Shown here one piece after another: positions 30,136 to 38,873 of a DNA stretch of 64,000 nucleotides. Made by a program: the position numbers and the translations under genes. Every line of letters starts with the position of its first letter. Positions within the stretch are counted from its first letter, which is position 1. Below the pieces are notes generated by a model, which had not been told where the DNA came from, searched no databases, and saw only the letters and a list, made by a program, of their open reading frames with translations. The DNA comes from Candidatus Latescibacterota bacterium. Lineage in GTDB: Bacteria > Latescibacterota > UBA2968 > UBA8231. Where the stretch lies: contig OY730476.1 in NCBI GenBank assembly GCA_963422735.1, forward strand, positions 800,001 through 864,000. The letters are read 5' to 3'.

Positions 30136-31140
30136 CTACCTCACGCGATACTTCTCCACGGCCTCCATATCCAGCTCAACGCCCAGCCCGGGTGCGTCCG
30201 GCACAACGACGAAGCCATCAACCGGCGTCAGCGCACCGCCGATTAGGTCGTCCTCGCGGGTGAAGTGCAGGCTGTCGGAAGGGATGGTGGCATTGGGAAT
30301 GGTTGCGTGGACATGCGTGCCATACGCGCCCGACACGCCTAACCCCAACCCCACGACCTGCAACCAAACCGGCATCCCGGCCGCTGCAGCCATGCCGGCG
30401 CATAGCTGTGCGCTCTCGACGGTGCCGCCCAAATTGAAGCAATCGGCCGCCTCGGCGCGGATCGCGCTCATCACTATCTGCGGATTGCCTAAATGGGGCG
30501 CGAGCCGAATGCGGGTGTGACGGCGAAAGTCGCGATACTGATGCCAGCCCGGCAAGTATTGGAAGGGATCCTCAAATGCCTCGATGTGATACGGCTCTAA
30601 TGACTCGGCCAGTCGCAGACTGGTACTCAAATCGCCGAAGGTGAAATTCGGATCGACGATAATGCCGTAGTCCGGGCCGGCGGCTTTGGTCATCAGCTTG
30701 ACGGTCTCGACGAGGTTCCAAGGCCGCGCCTTGAGTTTGTGGGTCTTAAACCCTCGCTTGGCCCCTTCCTCGGCCATAGCGGCGAATTCGCGCGGCTCCA
30801 GCGGCGGCGACCACCAGCCCACCGGCACTTGGTCCCAGTGCTTGGATCCCATCAGCTTCCAAGCCGGCACCCCGAGGGCCTTGCCGACGATGTCGTACAG
30901 GGCCATGATCATCGCCCCTCCTTTATCGCCCAAGTTGACCTGCATGGGATCGACGCCGATCCACTCGGCCTCCAAGCTCGATCCGCCGCGCCCCCCTTCA
31001 CCCACCCCGCAGATGCCCTCGTCGGTATGCACTTTGATCAGGCTGATGGGCCGTTCCAAGTAATCTCCGGGACGACTCTTTTCAATTGAGGGGATATGCG
31101 GCACCGCGGTGACAAACTCTTCGAGCTGGGTGATTTTCAC
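30136..31140 (-). CDS. Mandelate racemase/muconate lactonizing enzyme family protein
   Basis: GTG start at 31140 after AAGGAGG, coupled to the upstream stop; ALYDIVGK, KLK, VDPN, FEDP, PGLGVELD. Confidence 0.88.
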   Translation of the reverse strand: MKITQLEEFVTAVPHIPSIEKSRPGDYLERPISLIKVHTDEGICGVGEGGRGGSSLEAEWIGVDPMQVNLGDKGGAMIMALYDIVGKALGVPAWKLMGSKHWDQVPVGWWSPPLEPREFAAMAEEGAKRGFKTHKLKARPWNLVETVKLMTKAAGPDYGIIVDPNFTFGDLSTSLRLAESLEPYHIEAFEDPFQYLPGWHQYRDFRRHTRIRLAPHLGNPQIVMSAIRAEAADCFNLGGTVESAQLCAGMAAAAGMPVWLQVVGLGLGVSGAYGTHVHATIPNATIPSDSLHFTREDDLIGGALTPVDGFVVVPDAPGLGVELDMEAVEKYRVR

Positions 31141-32345
31141 GAGTACACCTCCTTTAGCCAGTCCTCGGGGATATCGAGCCCAAAGCCGGGGCCTTTGGGC
31201 AGACCGAGCCGGCCGTTTCGTGGCACGTTGGTCCCCGGCGGAACTTTGTAGTGTCGCTGCCCCCACTTTGAAGGCGTCCCGATATAGCACTCGGCTAACG
31301 GCACCCCGGGCAAAGATCCAACGAAAAACTCGATCAGCGGGGTATTGGGCATCGCCGCCGTCCAATGCTGGCCATACGGATCGTTACCCCCGGTGTGCAG
31401 GCACATCTGGACGCTTTGCGAATCGGCGTAATGGGCCAGTTTCATCGCCTCGGTGAAGCCCCCTATCCAGTAGATATCGGCTTGGATCAAATCGACGAGT
31501 CGCTCCTGCACGGCCCTCATGCCGGGATGGCGAGTGGACCAGTGCTCGCCGTCGGCCAGCGTCTGCCAAGGTACGCGCTGGCGCAGGACGCGGTGCCCCT
31601 CCCAGTCGTAGGGCATCAGCATTTCCTCCATCCAGCGCATCCGATACGGCTTGAGCGCCTCGCAGATGCGCACGGCAAAGTCGAGATCAAAGGTCATCCA
31701 GCAATCGAGCATCAAATCGGCAGACGGGCCGATTAACTCGCGGCACTTGGCCATCAGTTCGACCGTGCCGTCGATTCCGGCTTGGCCATCAATGGGTCCG
31801 TGCGGACGGGCCAACTTAAACTTTTTGAAACCCAACTCCAAGTACCAATCGACGTCATTGCCGGTAGCATAGACGTCCATCTGGGTGCGCTGCGGGCCTC
31901 CGGCCAGCCGATAGACAGGCTGGTCGAGGGTTTTGCCCCATAGATCCCACAGCGCTAGATCGACCCCGGCGACCGCCCGCGCCGTAAGCCCTTCGTTGCC
32001 AAAGGACAGCGTCCCCCGCCACATGCGATCGTTGCACCGGTCAATGGCCCCCACCTCCTGCCCGACGACTAGGGGCGCTAGGCACTCGGCGATGATCGGC
32101 TGGGTGGCGTGGCCCGAATCCGTGCGACCCAAGCCAAAGGTGCCGTCCTCGGCGATGGCTTTGACCCAGATCACCCCGCCCGGCTTGGGCATAGCCCGCT
32201 CCTCGGGCGCGAATTTATCCATTGGCGTGGCCTGCTTAGGCGCCCAAAGCCATGCCTGCTCACGCAGCGGTCTAGTGCCCTCCTCGCTCGGTGGCGGGGG
32301 CGATAATTCAAAGGTTTGGATAGCGACTATTTTCTTGGCGCACAA
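31137..32345 (-). CDS. Enolase-superfamily acid-sugar dehydratase (L-rhamnonate dehydratase-like)
   Basis: GVDLALWDLWGK, YATG, FKL, LMLDCWM, WMEE, GEH, PGFGL; start approximate (TTG near 32345). Confidence 0.85.
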   Translation of the reverse strand: MCAKKIVAIQTFELSPPPPSEEGTRPLREQAWLWAPKQATPMDKFAPEERAMPKPGGVIWVKAIAEDGTFGLGRTDSGHATQPIIAECLAPLVVGQEVGAIDRCNDRMWRGTLSFGNEGLTARAVAGVDLALWDLWGKTLDQPVYRLAGGPQRTQMDVYATGNDVDWYLELGFKKFKLARPHGPIDGQAGIDGTVELMAKCRELIGPSADLMLDCWMTFDLDFAVRICEALKPYRMRWMEEMLMPYDWEGHRVLRQRVPWQTLADGEHWSTRHPGMRAVQERLVDLIQADIYWIGGFTEAMKLAHYADSQSVQMCLHTGGNDPYGQHWTAAMPNTPLIEFFVGSLPGVPLAECYIGTPSKWGQRHYKVPPGTNVPRNGRLGLPKGPGFGLDIPEDWLKEVYS

Positions 32346-32395
32346 ACTCCTCGTCTCCTCATAAAAGAATCCATAGTCAAGCATTGCATGGCTCT

Positions 32396-32816
32396 TCACC
32401 TTGAGCCGTCATCGGGCAGACCCAAGAGCCTTTTGACCGCGGCGACCACAAAGTTCGCATCCTGTTCCGCCTGCCGTGCATCTTCTTCATTGTACTTGTG
32501 CTCAAAATAAAACGCCGGTGCCCGAGCCTGGGCCAGCCATAGGGAAATCTCTTCGATTCGGTCTAGCTCCTGAGTATTTACAGGTTCCCGCTTCTGCCGG
32601 AGTTGCTCGGAAAATACCGGGGCAACATCGGGTACTTTGGGATAATCTACCCCAGCACTTTCAGGCCCCCTTCAGGACAAGCTCGGCGACTTTCTGCGAT
32701 CGCCGCACGGCCAGATTGGAGTCGGCTTCTCGTAGAGCACCTTGCACATCGCGCAGGTAGATGCGTTCGCCTTCGGCGATAAGCTGCTTGCCGGTCGCTT
32801 GGAGGCTGTCCCTCAT
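32396..32816 (-). pseudogene. HEPN domain toxin, frameshifted
   Basis: MRDSLQ...NLAVRRSQKVAELVLKGA* then out-of-frame LKVL / VDYPKVPDVAPVF...LAQARAPAFY...EEDARQAEQDANFV. Confidence 0.75.
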
Positions 32817-33318
32817 AGCACCAACCCCTCGTCCGGTTTCAGATCTGGCTTTAAGTCCCAGTACCAGCCGCTGTCTCGCCGGATTTTTCGGGCACCCAAT
32901 TGCCGCAGCCTGTCCTGTAACTTGTCTAAGCGATGGCGAAAAAAATGCCCTCGATCTAGGAGAATCCGCGCCTCTTCGATCATATCCAAGTAGAGCGGCA
33001 GGTTTTGGTCTGCCTCTTCTCGTGAGAAAATGACGACGTTGGGGGAAGGAAAAATGTGTGGCGCGACTAGAGCCGCCCAACAGGCTTGATGCCGCAGATG
33101 TCGCAAGATAGGTAGCAACAACTGAACCCGTTCGCGAAAGACCGGAGGGGCTTTTTCCAGCACGAGCGGCAAATCCACATCGCTTTCCGTTGTCGCGTTG
33201 CCGCGGGCTACAGACCCTCTTGGACCGAGGCGACAAAGCAGTCAAGCAACGGCTTATAGGTTGGGTAGCCGAATTTGGCCAGTCGGTAGGTCTCGTCGTC
33301 GATGGGGATAATTTTCAT
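32813..33318 (-). pseudogene. Minimal nucleotidyltransferase (MNT) antitoxin with internal deletion
   Basis: ATG 33318 MKIIPIDDETY...SVQEGL*, then VARGNATTESDVDL in another frame (GS of the GSxARG motif missing); C-terminal WYWDLKPD; ATGA overlap with HEPN. Confidence 0.75.
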
Positions 33319-33512
33319 AGCGGCTATTCCCAGCTCACGTGGCCGCTGTCGGTTGCAACGCGACACAGCTTTAGGATGGACCAGTTGTACACTTCGCGCG
33401 CTGTGATTTTTTGCTGGCGTTGCACAAAGGACACCTCGGCTGCGATCCGCTCGACATCTACGACTTTCGCGGGCCTGCCTCCTGAAGTTAGGTTGTCGTG
33501 GCTATCTAACTC

Positions 33513-34541
33513 TTACAATTCGAGTTGGCATCCTTGATCTGCAGCAGCGTACGCCGCCTCGACAAAGCGCATGGCCTGCCAAGCATCGTCGCCATTGGTG
33601 ATAAAAGTATTTTGCCCATGGCTGGCGGCGACAAAGTCGGCGATAAAACCCAACCCGGCCGCTCCTCCGTACCCGGGGGCCTCGCCGACGGACAGGTCAA
33701 ACTGGCGGTACTCGTCCTCGGTCCAACCTTCGGCTTGGCTCTGGACGATGAGCCGGTCGCCGCGTCCGTCCCAATCTTGCATTACCCAAGTCGCATCTCC
33801 TGAGGTCCCCCTGAAACACAAGTAGATGTCCCCGTAGCGGCGCGGCAGCACATAGCCCGCGTGGAGGCTGCCCAGCGCCCCGTTGTCCATGCAAAACGAA
33901 GCGGCGAGCACATCCTCGACATCGATGCCGGTGCCGCTCAGGGTCGCCTTGTGGGCGCTGACGCCTTTGTACTCTAGGCCGCTGATATAGCGGACCAAAT
34001 CGACCGTGTGGAGCGCCAGCCAGTGCAGGATTCCCCCACCTGCCTGTGCGCGATCAAAGAGCCAGTGGTCCGGGTTGCGCTGCCCGACGGTGCTGGTGAC
34101 CATCCGCCCCTCAATGGAGACGATGCGGCCCAAGACGCCAGCGGCGATGAGTTGGCGCGTTTTGTCGGCAATCGGATGACAGCGGTTCAAAAAGGCCGTC
34201 GCCCACAAGACCTGCTGTGCGGCGGCTATTTCGTTGAGGCGGGCAATGTCAGCGGCCGTGCGCGCGACCGGTTTCTCGGCAATGGTCGGCACGCCAGCCT
34301 GCAAAAGCTGCGCGATGAGGTCCGGGGCCTGGTCGTTGCGCGTACATACTATCGCTAATCCCAGCTTCTCGTCCGCCAGCAGCGCGTCTAGGCTGCTATA
34401 CACTTGATCGACGCCAGTGCATTCTTCATCCGTGCAGACCACCAATCGGCCCACAGCCTCGCAGTGTTGCAGCGAGGTCAGCCAGCCGCGGCTGTGGGGA
34501 TTGTCCAACCCGGCGAGGGCAGCGCATACTTTATCCGTCAT
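33513..34541 (-). CDS. Gfo/Idh/MocA family oxidoreductase
   Basis: AEKPVA, GGGILHWLALHTVD motifs. Confidence 0.88.
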   Translation of the reverse strand: MTDKVCAALAGLDNPHSRGWLTSLQHCEAVGRLVVCTDEECTGVDQVYSSLDALLADEKLGLAIVCTRNDQAPDLIAQLLQAGVPTIAEKPVARTAADIARLNEIAAAQQVLWATAFLNRCHPIADKTRQLIAAGVLGRIVSIEGRMVTSTVGQRNPDHWLFDRAQAGGGILHWLALHTVDLVRYISGLEYKGVSAHKATLSGTGIDVEDVLAASFCMDNGALGSLHAGYVLPRRYGDIYLCFRGTSGDATWVMQDWDGRGDRLIVQSQAEGWTEDEYRQFDLSVGEAPGYGGAAGLGFIADFVAASHGQNTFITNGDDAWQAMRFVEAAYAAADQGCQLEL

Positions 34542-35517
34542 GGTAGTTCACGACCTTTCTCTCCCGCGCCGAGCGGTAGATGTTTTCCAATAGCGCCACC
34601 GTGCGGCGCCCCTCGCGGCCATCCACCCGAAGCGTCGTCCCGTGCTCTAACGCCGAGACTACATCCTCGACGACATGGGTCAGCGGGTTGTCTATGGTCC
34701 GTAGCTTCTCCTCCAGCCCATCGCCAAAGACGCGCATCTCGCCCGACAGCGCAGCGTCCAGCAACACCCCTCCTTCGCTACCGTGTACCTCTGCGCTAAA
34801 ATAAGGGCTTGCCGGGAAGGTCGTCGTGCCCAAGATGCCTCCCTTGGCACCGCTTGCGAAATTCAAGATGGCCTGGCCGATATCCTCAGTCTCAATATCG
34901 TGGTTCATTATTGCGGTCTCGCCATAGACGGTCTTGGGCACGCCCATGAACCACAGCAGGAGATCGATCAGGTGCGAGCCTTGGTTAGCCAGCGAACCGC
35001 CCCCGTCCATCGCCCAAGTACCGCGCCAGCCGCCGCCGTGTTCAAAGTATTCCTGTGAGCGGAACCACTTAAAGCGCACTTCGCCGAGAATGGGCTTGCC
35101 CAACAGGCCCTGTTTGAGGGCTTCGGCGACGCGGTAATTGTTGTCAACGTAGCGGCTTTGGTAATCGACTCCGAGCAAAAGGCCTCCCTCGTCGGCCGCG
35201 GCGATCAGCTCGTCGCAGGCTTTGGTGCTGACGTCCATAGGCTTGGTGGTGATTACGTGCTTGCCGGCTCTGAGAGCCTCGACGCCTATTTGCGCGTGCA
35301 GCCCGCTCGGAGTCATTACCAGCACGACATCCACATCGCCCCGCCCCAAGGCGTCTTCAAGGGCCGTACACCACGAGCAGCCCATTTCCTCGCCTACTTG
35401 GCGGGACAAGTCCTCGTTGAGATCGACGACCACGCGCAGTTTGGCCCCAGCGGTCTCGGCCACTTGCCGAGCGCGATTGCGCCCCATGCCCAGCCCTACA
35501 ACAGCAAATCCGATCAT
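34531..35517 (-). CDS. Gfo/Idh/MocA family oxidoreductase
   Basis: VVGLGMG, TPSGLH, TKP, WRGTWAMDGGGSLANQGSHLID. Confidence 0.9.
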   Translation of the reverse strand: MIGFAVVGLGMGRNRARQVAETAGAKLRVVVDLNEDLSRQVGEEMGCSWCTALEDALGRGDVDVVLVMTPSGLHAQIGVEALRAGKHVITTKPMDVSTKACDELIAAADEGGLLLGVDYQSRYVDNNYRVAEALKQGLLGKPILGEVRFKWFRSQEYFEHGGGWRGTWAMDGGGSLANQGSHLIDLLLWFMGVPKTVYGETAIMNHDIETEDIGQAILNFASGAKGGILGTTTFPASPYFSAEVHGSEGGVLLDAALSGEMRVFGDGLEEKLRTIDNPLTHVVEDVVSALEHGTTLRVDGREGRRTVALLENIYRSARERKVVNYHDG

Positions 35518-35674
35518 TTGACTAGCTCCTTTTTCATATCCAATTCAGCAAAGCGTCTATCTGCCAGCCTCTCAAGGCGTTTTGCCTGAGTTAGAAGGGT
35601 TTGGCGCAATCCCGATGAAACGTTCCTCTCGCTTATGAGCCGGGCCAAGCTGGCGATCGTACTAGCCCTTCTTG

Positions 35675-36261
35675 CTATTCTAATATCTGGATTGCGCTGG
35701 TATTATCTTGGCTCGGTGCGATATTCAGCTCATCAACAACCGGATTGAGATAATATCGGGCTATCCATTCAATGGCCGATACGCATACGGCGTCGCCAAA
35801 ACCAAATAGAGCCCTGTTCAGCGGTAGGTCTGGACAGAGCGTAAATTCATCTGCTCCCATTAGGCGGGCACATTCCCTCGGCGTAAGCAGACGAACTGCA
35901 TACTTCCCGTTACCTCCACGAAAAAGAATCTGTCGGCCACTTCCACACGCGGCGTTCTCAAACATCCGGCGATACCATCGATGCACAGTTCGGCCATGGA
36001 CCGCTTGTTCCTCACCCGGCCAAAGACCGTACCATAGGAATGCTTTCTGCCAGCGAGCATTCGGTGCCGTTGACTCATCTAGTTCAGCAGGTATTCTGCT
36101 AGTTCCTTGCTCCACCATTCCTCGACATCATCCGGCAAGTCTTCGAGCACATCTTCGAGTGTTTGGTCGTCGCCGGAATATTCCACCCCTGGCGTTCAAG
36201 GCCCATTCTCATCAGACCGATACCGGCAAAAAACTCGGCAAGCGTTTTTTTTCAGTTTCAC
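35675..36261 (-). pseudogene. dcm: C5-cytosine DNA methyltransferase remnant
   Basis: Motif I EF(F)AGIGLMRMGL near the 5' end, catalytic PC region absent, internal TAG and frameshifts, GCLRTPR, motif IX RLLTPRECARLMG and motif X GFGDAV. Confidence 0.8.
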
Positions 36262-36379
36262 GATAAAAGCCCCCTCGTTGTCATATATCAAAATCAACCT
36301 GAGCATTGAACGGGACTATGCACCGAGCCTTTGACGCTATAGAATGCCTAAGTGCTCCGCTGTGCGACCTCGTCGCCCA

Positions 36380-37984
36380 TCAATCTTCCACCACGTGCAA
36401 CCGCTGGTTGGCGGCCAAGTCTTTGAGCACTTGCACCCCCCCGGCCGGCCAGTGAATTTCCAGTCGTTCGATGCGCTCGGCCGTTCCCAATCCGAACACG
36501 GGGTCGCGCTGACTGGTCGAGAGGAAACCCGACCCGGCTTTTACCTCCCTGACCTGCCGCCGACCGCCAGCCCATAAATACAGGCGGGCACCGATGCCGT
36601 CTCGGTTGCTCTGCCGGCCCTCCAGCGCAACTGCGAGGTAGTTGCCCCCGGCACCGTCGTTGCGCAGCAGGGCGAAGCGGCGGCCGTTGTTGGCGAGGGC
36701 AATGTCCAAATCGCCATCTTGATCTATGTCCCCAAAGGAGGAGCCGCGCACCACGTAAGAGGCTGCGAAAGCCGGGCCGCTCTCGGCGGTCACTTCGCGG
36801 AAGACGCCCGCGCGCCCATTGCGAAAGATCTGGGCCTGTTGCGCGTAGGTCACCAATTCGTCGTACGATTCAATGTTGTCGTGGACGTGGCCGTTGCCCA
36901 CGAACAGGTCGAGGTACCCGTCGTTGTCAAAGTCGAAGAAACCCGTGCCAAAACCAAGGTAGTTCAGGCTGAGGTCACCGAGGCCAGCCTTGAAGCTGAT
37001 CTCGGAGTAAAACGAGCCGTCGTTGCGATACAGCCCGTTGTTTTCCAACTGGTAGTTGGTGACGAACAGGTCGAGGTCGCCGTCTTGGTCTATGTCGCCG
37101 GCATCGACGCCCATGCCCGCTTGGCTGGCCCCGTCTGCGCTCAGCGCGGTCCCGGCCAGCAAGCCGATCTCGGCAAAAGTGCCGTCGCCTTGATTGACGT
37201 AGTGGAAATTGGGTGTCAAGTCGTTGGCCACGTACAGGTCTGGGTCGCCGTCCCCATCGAAGTCGCCAGCCACCGCGCCCAACCCATTGCCCTCGCGCTC
37301 GATACCCGCTTGGCGGCTGACTTGGGAAAAGACGCCGTGGCCCTCATTGCGGTAGAGGATGTCTGCAGTAGAAGCAAAGACCCTCGGATCGCAGTAGAAG
37401 CGCAACCCCAGGTCCTCGCGTCCGCACCAAGGCTGTTCACCCAAGGCAAAGCGGACGTACTGCGCGGCGAAGAGGTCGAGGTCGCCATCGAGATCGTAGT
37501 CGAACGCAACGGCGCTGGTCGTCCATCCTGTGTGCCCGAGGCCGGCCGCGGCCGTCGCATCGACATAACCACCCCCTTCGCGTCGGTAGAACTGGTCTGG
37601 CCCCCACGCCGTCAGGTAGAGGTCCGGGCCGCCGTCGCCATCGTAGTCGGCCGCGAGCACCCCCATGCCATAGGAGGTGCCGGGCGCACCCGCTGCGTCG
37701 GCTACCCGGGCAAAGGCGCACCCGTCGTTGCGAAAGAGCTGGTTAGAGGCTGTGCCCCGCCTCTGCTTCATGTCCCCGCTGTTGACCAAGTACAAGTCCC
37801 AATCTCCGTCGTCGTCGTAGTCGAGAAAGGCACTGCCAGCGCCGTTGGTCTCGGGCAGGTTTTTATCGGCAGAGATCCCGTTGTCGTGGACGAAGTCAAT
37901 GCCTAATTCGCGGGCTACCTCGACGAAGTGGCTCTGCCCATAGCCGGCTGCCGATAGCAGGAGCACGATAAGCAGCGCACCCAC
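36380..37984 (-). CDS. CRTAC1 family protein (FG-GAP/VCBS repeats + ASPIC/UnbV domain)
   Basis: Signal peptide; repeated DxDxDGxxDL motifs; SNRDGIGAR, GSGFLS, FGLG...IHWPAG. Confidence 0.9.
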   Translation of the reverse strand: MGALLIVLLLSAAGYGQSHFVEVARELGIDFVHDNGISADKNLPETNGAGSAFLDYDDDGDWDLYLVNSGDMKQRRGTASNQLFRNDGCAFARVADAAGAPGTSYGMGVLAADYDGDGGPDLYLTAWGPDQFYRREGGGYVDATAAAGLGHTGWTTSAVAFDYDLDGDLDLFAAQYVRFALGEQPWCGREDLGLRFYCDPRVFASTADILYRNEGHGVFSQVSRQAGIEREGNGLGAVAGDFDGDGDPDLYVANDLTPNFHYVNQGDGTFAEIGLLAGTALSADGASQAGMGVDAGDIDQDGDLDLFVTNYQLENNGLYRNDGSFYSEISFKAGLGDLSLNYLGFGTGFFDFDNDGYLDLFVGNGHVHDNIESYDELVTYAQQAQIFRNGRAGVFREVTAESGPAFAASYVVRGSSFGDIDQDGDLDIALANNGRRFALLRNDGAGGNYLAVALEGRQSNRDGIGARLYLWAGGRRQVREVKAGSGFLSTSQRDPVFGLGTAERIERLEIHWPAGGVQVLKDLAANQRLHVVED

Positions 37985-37987
37985 TGC

Positions 37988-38848
37988 TTATCCCCTGAGC
38001 AGCGGCTCAATATGGTCTTTGGCCCGCAGCAAGCCTTCCTGTTGCAGCTCGGGCGTCTGCCAGAAATAGTGGTCTTCGAGTTCCACCGAAAGCACGCCGT
38101 CGTAGCCCACATCTTCGAGCCGGCGCACCACAAAGTTCCAATCCACCTCGCCCTCCCCGGGGATGGTATAGCGCCACCAACCCTCGCCGCACACGTAGGT
38201 CGAGATGTATGCCTCGCCCAAGTTGCCGGATTCGTAGAGCTTTTCCGGCATGATCTCGGTATCCTTGAGATGGACGTGCCGCACGCGGTCACCAAACTCG
38301 TGCAAGAGCCGCTGATAGTCTATCTGCAAGCGCACAAAGTGGGAAGGATCGTAGCAGATGCCCAGCCGGGGCGACGGGCACGCCGCAAAAATCAAGCGCA
38401 GACTCTCGGGCGAGCAGCCTAAATTGGGGTAGTGGGGCCGGCCGCCCGGCCAAGGTTCAATGGCGATATCGACGCCCACCTTCTCGGCGTGGGCCACGAC
38501 CCGGGGATAGACCTTGGCAAAGATCTCAAAGGTCTCGGCTTTGGACATGCTGGGGTCGTCCGGGGCAAGCACGGTAAAGAGCGTGTGGCCGCCGTGCCGG
38601 GCAATCGCGCTCAAGCTCCTCTTGATCTCGCTCAGGCCCTTGCGGCGCTTGGCCGCGTCGCGAGTGAGGACTTGGCCGCCGCCGTCCGAGGTGCCGAGGG
38701 CCAAGCCTAGCTGCTCGCAAGTGCGGGCGATCGGACGGGTCAAAGGCGGGGTATCGATCGCGCCAAAACCGTTCTCGGCGAGCCATGCGGCATAGGCATC
38801 AAAGCCGATCTGATGGGAAAATGGGGGCATGCGGGTGCCGATTTTCAT
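37988..38848 (-). CDS. Sugar phosphate isomerase/epimerase (xylose-isomerase-like TIM barrel)
   Basis: IAIE, YDPSH, HVHLKD, PGEGEVDW, SVELED. Confidence 0.88.
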   Translation of the reverse strand: MKIGTRMPPFSHQIGFDAYAAWLAENGFGAIDTPPLTRPIARTCEQLGLALGTSDGGGQVLTRDAAKRRKGLSEIKRSLSAIARHGGHTLFTVLAPDDPSMSKAETFEIFAKVYPRVVAHAEKVGVDIAIEPWPGGRPHYPNLGCSPESLRLIFAACPSPRLGICYDPSHFVRLQIDYQRLLHEFGDRVRHVHLKDTEIMPEKLYESGNLGEAYISTYVCGEGWWRYTIPGEGEVDWNFVVRRLEDVGYDGVLSVELEDHYFWQTPELQQEGLLRAKDHIEPLLRG

Positions 38849-38873
38849 GGTATGTCCCTTCTATTGGGTTGGA

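Noticed and set aside
31141-31365. Long start of ORF 30136-31365
   Set aside because: Overlaps the upstream dehydratase; the coupled GTG at 31140 has a strong RBS
36719-37906. 395-aa plus-strand ORF and many similar long shadow ORFs
   Set aside because: Antisense or alternate-frame to well-supported genes, as expected in GC-rich DNA; no motifs
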